DNA of 64,000 bases. Origin: Octopus sinensis. Taxonomy: Eukaryota. The position numbers and the translations under genes were made by a program. The stretch lies in the NCBI RefSeq assembly GCF_006345805.1, contig NC_043017.1:6076001-6140000 (forward strand). Direction: 5' to 3'. Below the pieces are notes generated by a model, which was not told the DNA's origin, searched no databases, and worked only from the letters and a program-made list of their open reading frames with translations. Numbering within the stretch: position 1 is the stretch's first letter; each line of letters opens with the position of its first letter. Shown here one piece after another: positions 11,958 through 25,657 of the stretch.

Positions 11958-12283
11958 TAATCGAAGTGTACAGTAATTTATTCTCCATTATGGCTGGTAT
12001 TTACCAATCAGTTTTGCCCTATGGCTTCACTGGATTATTAAGTAACAGTCTGATTATGGAATGAAATATGGAGACTTCTCTCTAATGCTGGAGGTGTCTG
12101 TGCACACCCAACCCAACAATAGAGAGCAGTTACCATATTTCATTCCATAACAACCACCTCTGATGAGTGCTGAGTTACATAATCGTACTGTTGCCTAAGT
12201 GTTACTTAACTCCGTAAAATCCCTAGTGCGAAACTAATTGGTAAGATAGGCCTTAATGGATATATAATACCGTACTCTTCAAT
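11958..12283 (+). mobile_element. Penelope-like element with inverted arms and hammerhead motif (12157-12246)
   Basis: 11958-12048 is a diverged reverse complement of 12198-12283. Motif CT-CTGATGA(12160-12166)-GTGCT...AGTGC-GAAA-CTAATTGG-TA-AG. Confidence 0.6.
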
Positions 12284-12514
12284 GTGGTAAGGAACTTGCT
12301 TCCCAAACACATGGTTCTGGGTTCAGTCCCACTGTGTGGCACTTGGGCAAGTTAGACAGCTGACAACTAATGAAGGGTCCTTTCTCTGCGTTTACTAGTC
12401 CTGTTCTCCATTTCTTTCTCTTTGTTTACGTATTTAACTCGTTTGTTTACATATTTCATGTTGTTTGAACCATTGGTCACGTCCTGTATTCATATATGCA
12501 TGTGTATCTATCTA

Positions 12515-12555
<41 letters not shown>

Positions 12556-13462
12556 TTGTGCCTCTGTGTTTGTCCCCCCGCCCCACATCATTTGACAACT
12601 GATGTTGGTGTGTTTACGTACCTGTAGCTTAGCGGTTCAGCACAAGGAGACCGATAGAATAAGTACTAGGCTTACAAAGAATAAGTTCTGGGGTCGATTT
12701 GTTTGACTAAAGGCAGTGCTCCAGCATAGCCACAGTCAAATGACTGAAACAAGTAAAAGAATAAAAGAATATAGATAAATAGATAGATAGATAGATAGGT
12801 ATAGTAATAAGGATTATTACAAAGTAGCGTTAGCATTAGCTGTAATTCATCATCATCATCATCATCATTATCTAACATCTGCTTTCCATGCTAGCATGGG
12901 TTGGACGGTTCAATTGGGGTTTGGGAAGCCTGAAGGCTGCACAGCCTCAAATATATATTTATACATCTGTGCATGTGTGTATCTTTGCATCTGCGTCTTC
13001 CACACAAACAACCACTTGATATAACTGGTGTTGGTTTGTTTATATCCCTGTAACTTAGCAGTCTGGCAAAAGAAATTGATAGAATAAGTAACAGGTTTTA
13101 TAAAAAAAAAAAACAGAAAAGCGCCAAGGTTGATTCACTCTATTAAAAAATCCTTCAGGCTCCAGTATGGCCACAGTCTAATGATTAAAACAAGTGAAAA
13201 AAAAGATGAGGAAGGCATCAGCTGGAATTAGACTATCTTTTTCTCACTCCTGTTGACTCAATTAGCTGTATTAATCATGGAGCACGATAAAAAGACTGAC
13301 AGACGGACAGACAGACAGACATGAGCTTGGAGCCAAGTGGTTTTTTTTTTTTTTCTGGTTAGATCTTTTGTTGACACTCAACATTTTGAGAGTCGTGTTC
13401 ATAAGTTCATAAAACACTATCTAAACATCACATTTATTTAACCTTTCTGTGTGTGTGTTAGT

Positions 13463-13466
<4 letters not shown>

Positions 13467-13522
<56 letters not shown>

Positions 13523-13619
13523 ATATATAAGTATATCTCATATAAATATATATGTATATATTATCACACATGTATAAATATATATATATGTAGATAGATA
13601 TGGATATAAATATATATAT

Positions 13620-13662
<43 letters not shown>

Positions 13663-13976
13663 ATATATAAGTATATCTCATATAAATATATATATAGATA
13701 TAGATATATAGGTGTATCTCATATATATATATAATCACACACACACACAAACATTTCCTTATATATGTATACACACACACACATACATGTATGCACATGC
13801 ACACACATGCACACACACACACACATAATTTGCACTTATAGTTACTTCTGAAAACATAACTGCTTGTGAGTATCAAGGAATTTGAACAGTAATATTCAGT
13901 AGACGTCAACACACACAAACACACATATGTATATATAGATAGATATATAAATATACGTATACACATATACATATTT

Positions 13977-14013
<37 letters not shown>

Positions 14014-15076
14014 TGTGCTCTCTCTCTCTCATACATATATATGCTCATACAGAGAAACAGAAAGATAGACACATGCATAGTTGTATTCTACACACACAGT
14101 TGGCTAAATATATACACACTGCCAAAATTCCAAATCAATAAAACTATTCCAAAGACAGAAGAATCAAATGCTGCATATTTCACACACACCACCTTCCCCT
14201 CCACAACACCCACACTCATTCACACACACGCAAGCACGCAAGCATGCATACATGCACATATGCACGCAAAATTCATCATATACGCATACATACAAACTCA
14301 CCTGCGCACACTAACACGTATATGAGCACGCAGATGCTAGTATAGATATGAACTTAAACACATGCACACACACACACACACACACACATGCACATATATA
14401 TCCACACACATACACACACACATGAGCAGATAGTCTCCTTCTATTATACACACACACACCACACACACACACACACACGCATGAACAGATAGTCTCCTAT
14501 TACAAATGCACACATGCATATACACACACACACACATAAACAGTCTCCTATTATGCACACAGAAACACACACACATACACACACACATGAGCAGATAGTC
14601 TCCTTCTATTATACACACACACACACACACACACGAACAGATAGTCTCCTACTACACATGCACACATACACAGAGACAGACACACACATACAGCTTCCTT
14701 CTATTACACAAACACACACACACAATCTCCTATTACATACACCAACATGTGTATGCATGCAAATACATACCTACAAGCAATATGGACACATACATACACA
14801 CACACACACGCACACACACACATGCACATATATATCCACATACACATATATATCAACATGCACACATATATCCACACACACACACACACATATATATCCA
14901 CGTGCACACACACACACACATATATCCGCATGCACACATGCACATATATATATCTACACACACACATATATCCACACACACACATATATATCCACACACA
15001 CATACACACATATATCCACACACACACATGCACATATATATATCCACACATACACATATATCCACACATACACATG

Positions 15077-15119
<43 letters not shown>

Positions 15120-15310
15120 CCACACACACATTCACATATATATATCCACATATGGCGGTGCCCCAGCATGGCCACAGCTCGTGAGCTGAAACTAGATAAA
15201 ATAAAATAAAAAGTAAAATATACATATATCCACACACATACACACACACATGCACATATACAGCCACACACACACACACACATGCACATATACAGCCACA
15301 CACACACACA
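13467..15310. repeat. (TA)n/(CA)n compound microsatellite region containing a minisatellite at 14421-14740
   Basis: Direct reading. Confidence 0.9.
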
Positions 15311-15692
15311 GACGGGCTGCTGCCTCTCCATACTTTCAGAGTTCTCCACAGACGCTGCCGCCAAAGAATTAAGATTAGAAATCAACAGTGGAGTCATAAT
15401 GAAATTCCATGTCTTGCTGTTGTCCCGGAGGGGTGTTGCACCGCTTCGATGCTCCTCTGCAGAATAATTAGGGAAAATCTTGGAGAAGCAGACAGAGCAG
15501 CAACAACAGCAGCTGTGTGTGTGTGTGTGTGTGTGTGTAGGATTATTAATGTATGTGTATGGATGTCTATCTGTGTGCGTTAGTGTTAGATAAAAATTTC
15601 TCATTAAGCAAAACATAATTAAATACAAATATATACATGCGTACTACATATTTATCAATATATACATACTGCAGCATGCAGTTGTATTTGGG

Positions 15693-15729
<37 letters not shown>

Positions 15730-15739
15730 ATGTATATAT

Positions 15740-15790
<51 letters not shown>

Positions 15791-15874
15791 ATATACATGT
15801 ATATAAATATATATATATGTAAATAAATGGAGTTGAACGCAGGTATTGTTCAAATCTTTTTACATATATGTATT

Positions 15875-16075
15875 GTGTACCGTTGGCGATTTTTTTTTTT
15901 TCCCTCTGTCTTCCCTTCTCTGGATCTTTCCTTCTCCTATGTTTCCAATGAAGAGCTCCGCTTGAAACGTTAAACCCTCCTTCTTTCCTTCTTTCCTGAG
16001 CGTCCAATAATTCTATATCTGTTCCACGTCCTCGCGTTGTTGTGTTTTTTTTGTGCTTTCTTGTTTGGATTAACT
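15875..16075 (+). mobile_element. Penelope-like terminal fragment in (TA)n; same family as 40440-40650
   Basis: Near-identical reverse complement of 40440-40640. Decayed motif GTTT-CCAATGA-AGAGC-TCC-GCTT-GAAA-CG-TT-AAAC at 15941-15975. Confidence 0.7.
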
Positions 16076-16352
16076 ATATATATATATATATCAACCCATG
16101 CTAGCATGGAGAACGGACACTAAATGATGATGATGATGATGATGATATATATATATATATATATGCATGTATGTATATTTTACAACGGCTATGCTGGAGC
16201 ACTCCCTTTAGTTGCACAATTTGACCTAGGACTTATTCTTTGTAAGCTTAGTTCTATCGGTCACTTTTGCCAAACCACTAAGTAATGGGGACGTGAACAC
16301 ACCACCATCAGTTGTCAAGCAATGGTGGGGGAACAAACACAGACACACACAC

Positions 16353-16383
<31 letters not shown>

Positions 16384-16734
16384 CACATATACACATACAC
16401 AAACACACACACACACACACACACATACATATATATGTATGTATATGACTAGCTTCTTACACTTTTTGTCAACCAAAGCCACTCATAAACCTTTGGTTGG
16501 CACATGACTCTAGTAGATGTTTTCTACAGGTGCCATGTAGTGGGACTGAACTCAGAACCATTTGGTTGGGAAGCACGCTTCTTACCACACAGCCATGATA
16601 AGAATAATTAAGGAATAAAATTTTCACTGATGTTACAAATAGCCACCCAGCTGATTAAAAATTCAGTGTATGCAACTGTAGCAATATTTAATAATTAAAA
16701 TATCCATCTACCTATCATATTTAAAGTATGCAAT

Positions 16735-16995
16735 ACAATTGCAGCGTGGAAGGTGTTTATAAGCCATTTAAGAAACACACAAAAACCATTAAATTTACTT
16801 CAACATTTAAATTTAATTTAAATATTTTCTTCGCTTTGACAAATATTTTGACAAATTAAATTTAAATGTTGAAGTGAATTTAACGGTTTTTGTGTGTTTC
16901 TTAAATGGCTTATAAACACCTTCCACGTGCAATTGTTTTCGTTCCAGCACACGACCTCAGATCAGGTCACTTGGTATGCAAGTACATCTCTGTAA
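16735..16995 (+). mobile_element. Inverted-arm element, same family as 42009-42322, centre deleted
   Basis: CAATTGCAGCGTGGAAGGTGTTTATAAGCCATTTAAG...AATGGCTTATAAACACCTTCCACGTGCAATTG, followed by the shared unique tail ending GCAAGTACATCTC. Confidence 0.75.
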
Positions 16996-17467
16996 AAATA
17001 CAACAGATATCAGAAAAGGACAAAAATTCATCCCAGCCCCACTATCATTTAATTTTCCCTCCACCTCATCCTCGCAAGCCAAACTTCTTTAAATCCCTCT
17101 ATTTCCCTCTCACATCTCTATTTCCCTCTTTTACAACTTTCCCTTAACATATGTTCCCTCATATTGTCCTGCGTCCCCTATTATTTGCTGCCAGTTGTTC
17201 AAACATAGAGAATTTCAAGCTGTTTTGTCCTTCCTTTCCACTGCAGCTATTTTCAATCCTGATGAAAGACTTTGTCCAAAACGGGGTAATATTTATTTTG
17301 TGTGTCATTTTATTTTTCAAAATTATGCTAGTTTTCCTAACATAGACTAGCACCTGTCTTGTTCGATTCCATTTTATCTTATACATACACATATATACTC
17401 ACCCATATGTGTATGTATACAAGTCTACAAATATACATACATACATGTGTGTGTATGTATTTATATA

Positions 17468-17511
<44 letters not shown>

Positions 17512-19137
17512 CACACCCACACAAAAGCACCCACATTATATGTATATATGTACATATAGACACACACACACACAGATGTACATATGTACACATACATATT
17601 AGGAAAGACAGAATAAGGGGAAAAACACACAGACACCATGTCGACTATATTTCTGTCACAGAGAAATATACTCATATAGAAACCGAGTCCCACTCAGTCA
17701 CACACACAAACTTACATATATATATATATATATAGATAGATAGATAGATATAGCTATACGTAGATATAGATATACATATATATAGATATACATATATATA
17801 GATATACATATATATAGATATACATATATATATAGATATATATGTATATATATATATATATATATACACATACATATATGCACACACACCATCACTAAAT
17901 ATAAGATTAATTCTTTGTTAATGCTATTTTATGTTATAATTTAATATATTCTCAGACATCTTTTAAACTGATATATTTATTGGACACAGTACGGCTACAC
18001 AGACTGCCTGTATCTCTTTCTCTCTATCGCACAGAAAATTGTCATACCAGCTCACCGTTTCTCTCCCTCCATCGACCTCTCTCTAAGAATGAACATGATT
18101 ATAACCAACCATCTCTTTTCCTTTATCACTTTTTCTCATTTACTCTCTTGACACACGCACACACACACACACACGCATGCGATTTATCAACAGCTTATAC
18201 TTCTTACTTGCTAAGTTTCTTTCTGCTGATCTTCAGACAATGATGATAAATAGCACGTTAGATTTGTTACATTTTTAGTATACACTAAAAACGTTTGAAT
18301 ATCACAGCAAACACTGGTTAGTTGACATGGAATATCAGAGGGATACAGTTGGTTACCGATGAAACCATTGTTTGAAAATTAGATGCAGTGATGAATGCTA
18401 CATACAGCAGCATATGATCTGCACAAGAACTTACATGAATGTATTAAAATGTTATGATATTTATGATTTATTGGAAAATAGATTAAGTTTAAGAAACTCT
18501 GGTCATATGAGTGCGAGCATTTATACTAATTACTAGGTTATTCCGTGGAGTATTTCTTGGTCTGTTTTTACCCTTGGGGAGATTAGTGTTAGTAGTGTAC
18601 AACAGTTTATCTACAAAGCTACTGTTATGAAGCACCTTGTTATAATGAGAAACACCAATGAATATCTCCCTTCCAGAGATAAGGAGGATATGCTTTTCAC
18701 ATATTGCCCAGAATTTTTTAAAGTTTCATCTCTTTTCATTTCGCCCATAAATCATAGAATAGCATAAGCTTTTTAAAGAGATATGATGTAGGTAAGCTAT
18801 TCAGGTTGTAAAATTTCTGCAAGCTTTAATCATTTTAATTTCACAATCCTTTCAATCACAATAACATGTTGCATTACATTACTTGTAGATGTTTTAATCT
18901 AAGCAATTTCCCCCTTAATGGTAATTGTCCTTTGAATGCTTTAATTTATCCTGCATTCTAACAATAACAGTGCCCCCCAGGAGCTACATCACTCCGAATG
19001 AAAACCGTTATAAAATTCGTTTCTATCAACTTATATATTTAAGAAACCGGAAAGAAAATATACTATAAACTTCTCCAAACGCATCTGGTTTTCAAAAGGG
19101 TCTGTCACGTTTAAAATTTAATGATTGATTCACAATA

Positions 19138-19179
<42 letters not shown>

Positions 19180-19828
19180 CATACACACACACAGTAGTTT
19201 CTCTTTGAAAACGAAGCTGCAGGCCCTTTTTAAGTGAGAAATTATTGATATTATTTCGCAAAGATAAAGGATTCAGTAGAGGTTCAGAAATGTTAGATTA
19301 CTGCAGGCATTATTCGAGCTTCTTTCACAATAACATAGTTTCAAACAGCAGAGTGAAGCAATATGGTGTCTCAGAATGCTTGATTGAAAAGAGCAAAATG
19401 TACAGAAACTGCAATATTACGATGTTGCCTTTTGCTTTTAAGAATGCTTAGCCATTTTGTTTTACTTCTTTCGCCAGTTTACTTTCATGATAACACTTGA
19501 TATCATGAATGTAATTTTTTCATATATGCGTATATTTTCTTATATATGAGCTTACCTGTCCTTTTGATTTCAGTATTGGATTTTTATAATTTATTATAAT
19601 CTTCACCTCTCTAGCCGTCAACCTCTGTTAATAATCAAATAGCTGTTATCTCTTTAATCAGTAGTGTTCCTTCTTTTTTTCTTTGTCAACCAGCAGTCAC
19701 TCACTTTGAAGTTCGCACATGTTGGCTCTATGTCCAGCACATGCTAAACTTCACGTTGTATCTCTCATAATCACCTGAAACCTGGCAAGGGGAAACATGA
19801 AGTTTCAATTTCCAAATAACTTATACCA

Positions 19829-20240
19829 CTTTTACTCTTTTACTCTTTTACTTGTTTCAGTCATGTGACTGTGGCCATGCTGGAGCACCGCCCTTTAGTT
19901 GAGCAAATCGACCCCAGGACTTATCCTTTGTAAGCCTAGTACTTATTCAATCGGTCTCTTGTGCCGAACGGCTAAGTTACAGGGATGTAAACACACCAGC
20001 ATCGGTTATCAAGTGATGTTGGGGGGACAAACACAGACACACAAACATATACAGACACATACATATATACATATATATGACGGGCTTCTTTCAGTTTCCG
20101 TCCACCAAATCCGCTCACAAGGCTTTGGTCGGCCCGAGGCTATAGTAGAAGACACTTGCCCAAGGTGCCACGCAGTGGGACTGAACCCGGAACCATGTTG
20201 TTGGTAAGCAAGCTACTTACCACACAGCCATGCCTATGCC
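19829..20240 (-). mobile_element. tRNA-derived SINE family A, full length, internal (TA/TG)n, tail (GTAAAAGA)n
   Basis: Head GGCTGTGTGGTAAGTAGCTTGC...CCGGGTTCAGTCCC. Other copies at about 8585-8745, 11685-11850, 12283-12770, 16183-16597, 20430-20640, 26930-27485, 30775-31127, 45754-46063 and 48751-49119. Resembles the octopus tRNA-derived SINEs. Confidence 0.85.
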
Positions 20241-21344
20241 TACTTTGGTAGACATAATGAGTTCTCTCTTTTCTTCTACTTACTACAAATGCACTTACAA
20301 ACATGCACACACACACACATGCGTTTTTACACACATGAGTACACTCGTGCACACACACACACACATACACACATCTGTCACTATCATTCTCATTCTCTAT
20401 GTATCTCTTCCTCTCTCTGTATGTTTCTATGCAGGAGTGGCTGTGTGGTAAGTAGCTTGCTTACCAACCACATGGTTCCGGGTTCAGTCTCACCGTGTGG
20501 CACCTTGGCCAAGTATCTTCTACTATAGCCTCGTGCCGACCAAAGCCTTGCGAGTGTATTTGGTAGACAGAAACTGAAAGAGGCCCGTCGTATATATGTA
20601 TATATATATGTGTGTGTATGTTTGTGTGTCTGTGTTTTTGCTTCTAATTTGAACTCAGAACGGAATTTGAACTCAGAACGTAGCGCCAGACGAAATACCG
20701 CTAAGCATTTCGCCCGGCATGCTAACGTTTCTGGCAGCTCGCCTAATACCGAATCTCTACTCAGGTACAAGGAGCTGTGCTGTTTTGTAGATCCAACAGC
20801 ATTAGAGAAGGAACTCCCTTCTGCCTTGCTGAGGACCTGTGACAGTTCTGCAATGAGCAGGGCACCTAGATGTGCGTTTCCCCCCCGTAGCAGTCACTTC
20901 TAACTACATTGCAATATTCACGGGTAAGGGGAGGAGGATAGTCAAAGAGAAGGTGGGTGGGGGTGGGGTGGAGTGGGAGAAGTATACGGAAGAGTTCAGA
21001 AGAATTGATGGCGAGAAGTAAAAGAACTTAACCAATTTAGAAGAAGAGCAGGCTTGAGGGTGAACGAGGATGCTCTTTCCATGGTCCCTCATAGCAAACA
21101 AACAAGGGGGCCAGTTGATTGTTTGATGTGAGAGAGAAAGAGAGAGGGGTAGGGTGTAGGGTAGGGTAGGGGTAGAGGGTAGAGGTTAGTCCAAATGCTT
21201 CTACTTAGTAATCATTCCCTGTCTCGCAAGAATGAAGAGGAAATTAACGAACGGTGACAGAGAGACAGAGAAAATGAGAGAGGGAGAGAGAGAGGAGAAG
21301 AATGTAAAAATACGTTAAAATAAATATTTGCTTTTTATATATCA

Positions 21345-21345
21345 T

Positions 21346-21380
<35 letters not shown>

Positions 21381-21713
21381 GTATATATATATATGTATAT
21401 ATATATATGTATATATGTATATGTATATATGTATATGTATATATATATGTATATGTATATGTATATGTATATATGTATATATATATATGTATATGTATAT
21501 ATATATATGTATATGTATATATATATATGTATATGTATATATATATATGTATATGTATATATATATATGTATATGTATATATGTATATGTATATGTGTAT
21601 ATATATATGTATATATGTATATGTATATATATATATGTATATATGTATATGTATATATATATATATGTATATATGTATATATGTATATGTATATATGTAT
21701 ATATGTATATGTA

Positions 21714-21751
<38 letters not shown>

Positions 21752-21758
21752 GTTATAT

Positions 21759-21813
<55 letters not shown>

Positions 21814-21831
21814 TATGTATATATATATATG

Positions 21832-21878
<47 letters not shown>

Positions 21879-21985
21879 GTATATGTGTATATATATATAT
21901 ATGTATATATGTATATATATATATGTATATATATATATGTATGTATATATATGTATATATATGTATGTATATATATATACATATA

Positions 21986-22022
<37 letters not shown>
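21345..22022. repeat. Long (TA)n/(TATATG)n microsatellite
   Basis: Direct reading. Confidence 0.97.
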
Positions 22023-22025
<3 letters not shown>

Positions 22026-22635
22026 ATTGGTTGTACTAGTTTTTGCTATTGCAGCCTAAGGCGAACCGAGTTTATTGTAAACAATATTTTCCTCTATGCT
22101 TTCAAACCATACAGTTGCCAAACCAAAATACAGCCGTTTATTTTATTTTTCGAATAACATGGCGAATATTTTCTCTTTTATTTTTGTTTTCCCCGGTTAT
22201 AATATTCACTGAAAACGGACGTTATTTCCTTTAATATATTTTTTATGTAAATAATATTAAAGTAATGTATTCGCAAAAAAAAAAAAATTAAAAAAACAAT
22301 GTAAAAATAATAAGAGCAATACGGCAGTTGCAATGTTTTATAGAAAGACATATAGATTCTTCCAATATAGAAGCTGAAATGCAGAATAAATTGGTCCAGA
22401 ATGTTTTATTCTAAAAGAAACACAGGATGGGAATATATATTTTCTAATTGCCTCCAGCAAGTAAAGTTTGACTGTGACATGTTCGAATGGTAAAATAATA
22501 TGGTTGATATGAAAGGGTTTCCATTTTGGCGTTGAGAAATGTTAACCAAAAGACAGCACTCTGTTCTTCGAGAGATGTGAATGCAGCACTCTGCTACAAA
22601 GAATGTCGATCGAGTACATGCAAACATACATATAT

Positions 22636-22666
<31 letters not shown>

Positions 22667-22803
22667 CATGTGTGTGTGTGTGTGTGTGTTTATACTCATG
22701 CACACACACACACATATATGTAGATATATACACATATTTGCAAGATATAAACATATATATATATATATATATGCACATATGAACATAAATGTGTATGTAT
22801 GTA

Positions 22804-22865
<62 letters not shown>

Positions 22866-22866
<1 letters not shown>

Positions 22867-23051
22867 TGGGTTGGTGCATAATATTAAATGACGGTCTGAC
22901 TGTCCGCCAAGCAAATGGGGAGCAGTAATTGAAGTAGATGGTGAATATGCTCCAGAATAATTATTTAAAGATGTTTTTGTTACATGTTGTTATTGATTTT
23001 GTTGAATAAAATTTGTTGAAAAAAAGCCGCAATAGTTATGTACCAACCCTA
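22866..23051 (+). mobile_element. Mariner-derived MITE/deletion derivative
   Basis: TIRs TTGGGTTGGTGCATAA and TTATGTACCAACCCTA, TA flanks, and internal PSKWGAVIEVDGEYAPE* resembling a mariner transposase C-terminus. Confidence 0.8.
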
Positions 23052-23094
23052 TATACACACATACAGACACACACACATAATTGGAATTTGCAAA

Positions 23095-23230
23095 GAAAAC
23101 AAAAGATGAAGACAGGTGTGTAAACAACAAACAGGTGTTTAGTTTCATGCTCGGGAAGGTGAGAAAGTCTTTTACGTTTCATGCTTACGCTCTTCAACAG
23201 AAAGGAACGTAAGAAAATAAGAGAGAATAA
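23095..23230 (-). mobile_element. Penelope-like terminal fragment, CUGUUGA family
   Basis: Homologous to 30024-30230, 31292-31475 and 62982-63240; motif at 23169-23204. Confidence 0.65.
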
Positions 23231-24029
23231 AAAAAGAATAAAAAAGAAATAATAATAATAATAATAATATAATAATAATAACATCGAAAAATACCTTAGG
23301 AATGAGAAACCAAGTTCAAAATTTTCCCAAGACACCAAATGAAAGCTGGAGGGTATATCAGCCGAAATGTTGTGTTAACAACAAACAAGATGTGGACAAG
23401 TATCTGTCAAATGTCATCATCATCGTTTAACATCCGTTTTCCATGCTGGCATGGGTTAGATGGTTCGACTGGGGTTTGGGAAGCCTGGAGGCTGCACCAG
23501 GTTCCAGTCTGATCTAGCAGTATTTCTACAGCTGGATGCCCTTTCTAATGTCAACCTCTCCAAGAGTGTAGTGCTTACTTTTTACATGCCACTGGCACAG
23601 GGGCCAGAGGGAGCTGGCAACGACCATGATCGGTTGTTGCTTTTTGCATGCCACGAGCACGGAGGCCAGCCAAGTCAGATGGTGCTTTTTACATATCACA
23701 GGCACAGGGATCACAACTACAATTTCCATAAATAATGTAAATAAGGTACATAATTCCTCATCTGTTAAATATAGAACTGTATTACTTTTATGTAATCGCT
23801 GTAGATTTTCTGTAGAATTTAGAGCCAACACTGAAAGTTACAATGTTTCGTAAATGAATACGTCGATAAAAACGATGTGATCGAAGATAGAAAAATAGGT
23901 TAAGTGTGTATATACATATTTCAGGAGTTCTTGCTCCTTCTTCAGTATCCAATCCAACCTATTAACTACCCCTGAATGCATTGCAAAAAATAATGTTGTC
24001 CTTGCAAGAAATTAATATTACTATAATAT

Positions 24030-24432
24030 TAATTTCAAATTTGGGCTCACAGTCAGCAATTTTGGTGGGGGAAGGGGAAGTCAATTACATCGACCCCTGG
24101 TGTACAACAGGTATTTATTTCATCAACCCTGAAAGGATGAAAGGCATAGTCAACCTTGACAGAATTTGAACTCAGAACATGAAGACAGACGAAATACCTA
24201 TTTCTTTACTACCCACAAGGGGCTAAACACAGAGGGAACAAACAAGGACAGACAAATGGATTAGGTCGATTACATCGACCCCAGTGTGTAATTGGTACTT
24301 AATTTATCGACCCCGAAAGGATGAAAGGCAAAGTCGACCTCAGCAGAATTTGAACTCAGAATGTAACGGCAGATGAAATACAGCTACGCATTTCGCCCGG
24401 CGTGCTAACATTTCTGCCAGCTCACCGCCTTA
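24030..24432 (-). mobile_element. SINE family B, tandem dimer with two different tails
   Basis: Junction GACGAAATACCTATTTCTTTACTACC at about 24188-24213. Confidence 0.8.
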
Positions 24433-25424
24433 AATATTACTACAATATCAATTCCCTAATACACTTTAATATATGACACCAGTATATCAAAGTGTGATTT
24501 AGTATAGTGTAGTGTGGCATAGCATTGTGTAGGTAGTATTTTGCAGTGCAGTATAGTGTAGTATAGTATCACATTTTATCGTATAGTAATATGTGATATA
24601 GAATAATATTTTTTCGTGTATCGTATCAAATATAATTTTATATTATACATCAGCTCCATCTTTACAGCTATCCAACGTATTTGACAATAATAAAAATAAT
24701 AATAATAAAATAGGAAAAAATTGCCATCCCACTGTTTTCATTGTATTTCTTTGATTGATTGCTTCTGTGTCCAACTTGACATCTCAGAGATTACTGAAGC
24801 TTCAGACTCTAAATAATTTAGTAATGATCACCGAGAAAAATATTTCAAAAAGCGGAAGAATTATTTGTGAATTTTTGAAAATTTTACATTTTTATCAAGT
24901 TAATTTCATATCAGGTTATTTGGATGTTACGTGGTTCAACTCTGTTCAACATGTGAGTTTATTGGACAATATGCATGTTGTACAAAAAAACTAGTAGCAA
25001 GTGAAGGCATCGTTCCGAGGTTAGGAAGTTCAATTCGGTGCCAGTGGGCCCCAGATCGATCCTTCAGTGTGTCATAGCATTTGGGGGTATTTTGTGTTTT
25101 ATTGTAGCATTGGATTAATCAATGCTTTGTGATGGGAGGAATTTGAGAGAAGGAAACTGTACAAAAGCTTCATTACATACACACATGCATGCATACTTAC
25201 GTGCGTGTACATACACACTCATACTCACGTTGGTACTCCGTCGGCTGCAACGATGAGTGTTCCAGCTGATCCAATCAGCTGGAACAGACTGCTTGGGAAA
25301 TTAACGTGCAAATGGCTGAGCGCTCCACAGACATGAGTACCCTTAACACAGATCCTAGGAAGATTCAGCATGACACAGTATGTAACAAGGCTGGCACTTT
25401 GAATAACAGGTACTACTCATATAA

Positions 25425-25657
25425 AGGCGGCGAGCTGGCAGAAACGTTAAATGCTAAACGCTAAAATGCTAAATGGTATTTCATTTGCCGTTACGTTCTG
25501 AGTTCAAATTCCGCCGAGGTCAACTTTGCCTTTCATCCTTTTGGGGTCGATTAAATAAGTACCAGTTACACACTGGGGTCTATATAATCGACTTAATCCA
25601 TTTGTCTGTCCTTGTTTGTCCTCTGTGTTTAGCCCCTTGTGGGTAGTAAAGAAATAG
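25425..25657 (+). mobile_element. SINE family B, full length, inserted into a family C SINE
   Basis: TSD AGGTACTACTCAT at 25408-25420 and 25656-25668; the host SINE continues on both sides. More copies at about 10200-10420, 11485-11650, 37870-38093, 43685-43850, 47348-47548 and 51820-51930. Confidence 0.88.

Noticed and set aside
21328-22157. Many overlapping Tyr/Ile/His/Thr ORFs here and at 14514-15628, 33236-34057, 49375-50392 and 59829-60692
   Set aside because: (TA)n, (TG)n and (CA)n repeats lack stop codons, so these are artefacts.
23330-23378. Hammerhead-like ACAC-CAAATGA-AAGCTG...CAGCC-GAAATGTT-GTGT (and 17259-17288)
   Set aside because: Probably decayed Penelope-type motifs, but the core is too damaged to call as ribozymes.
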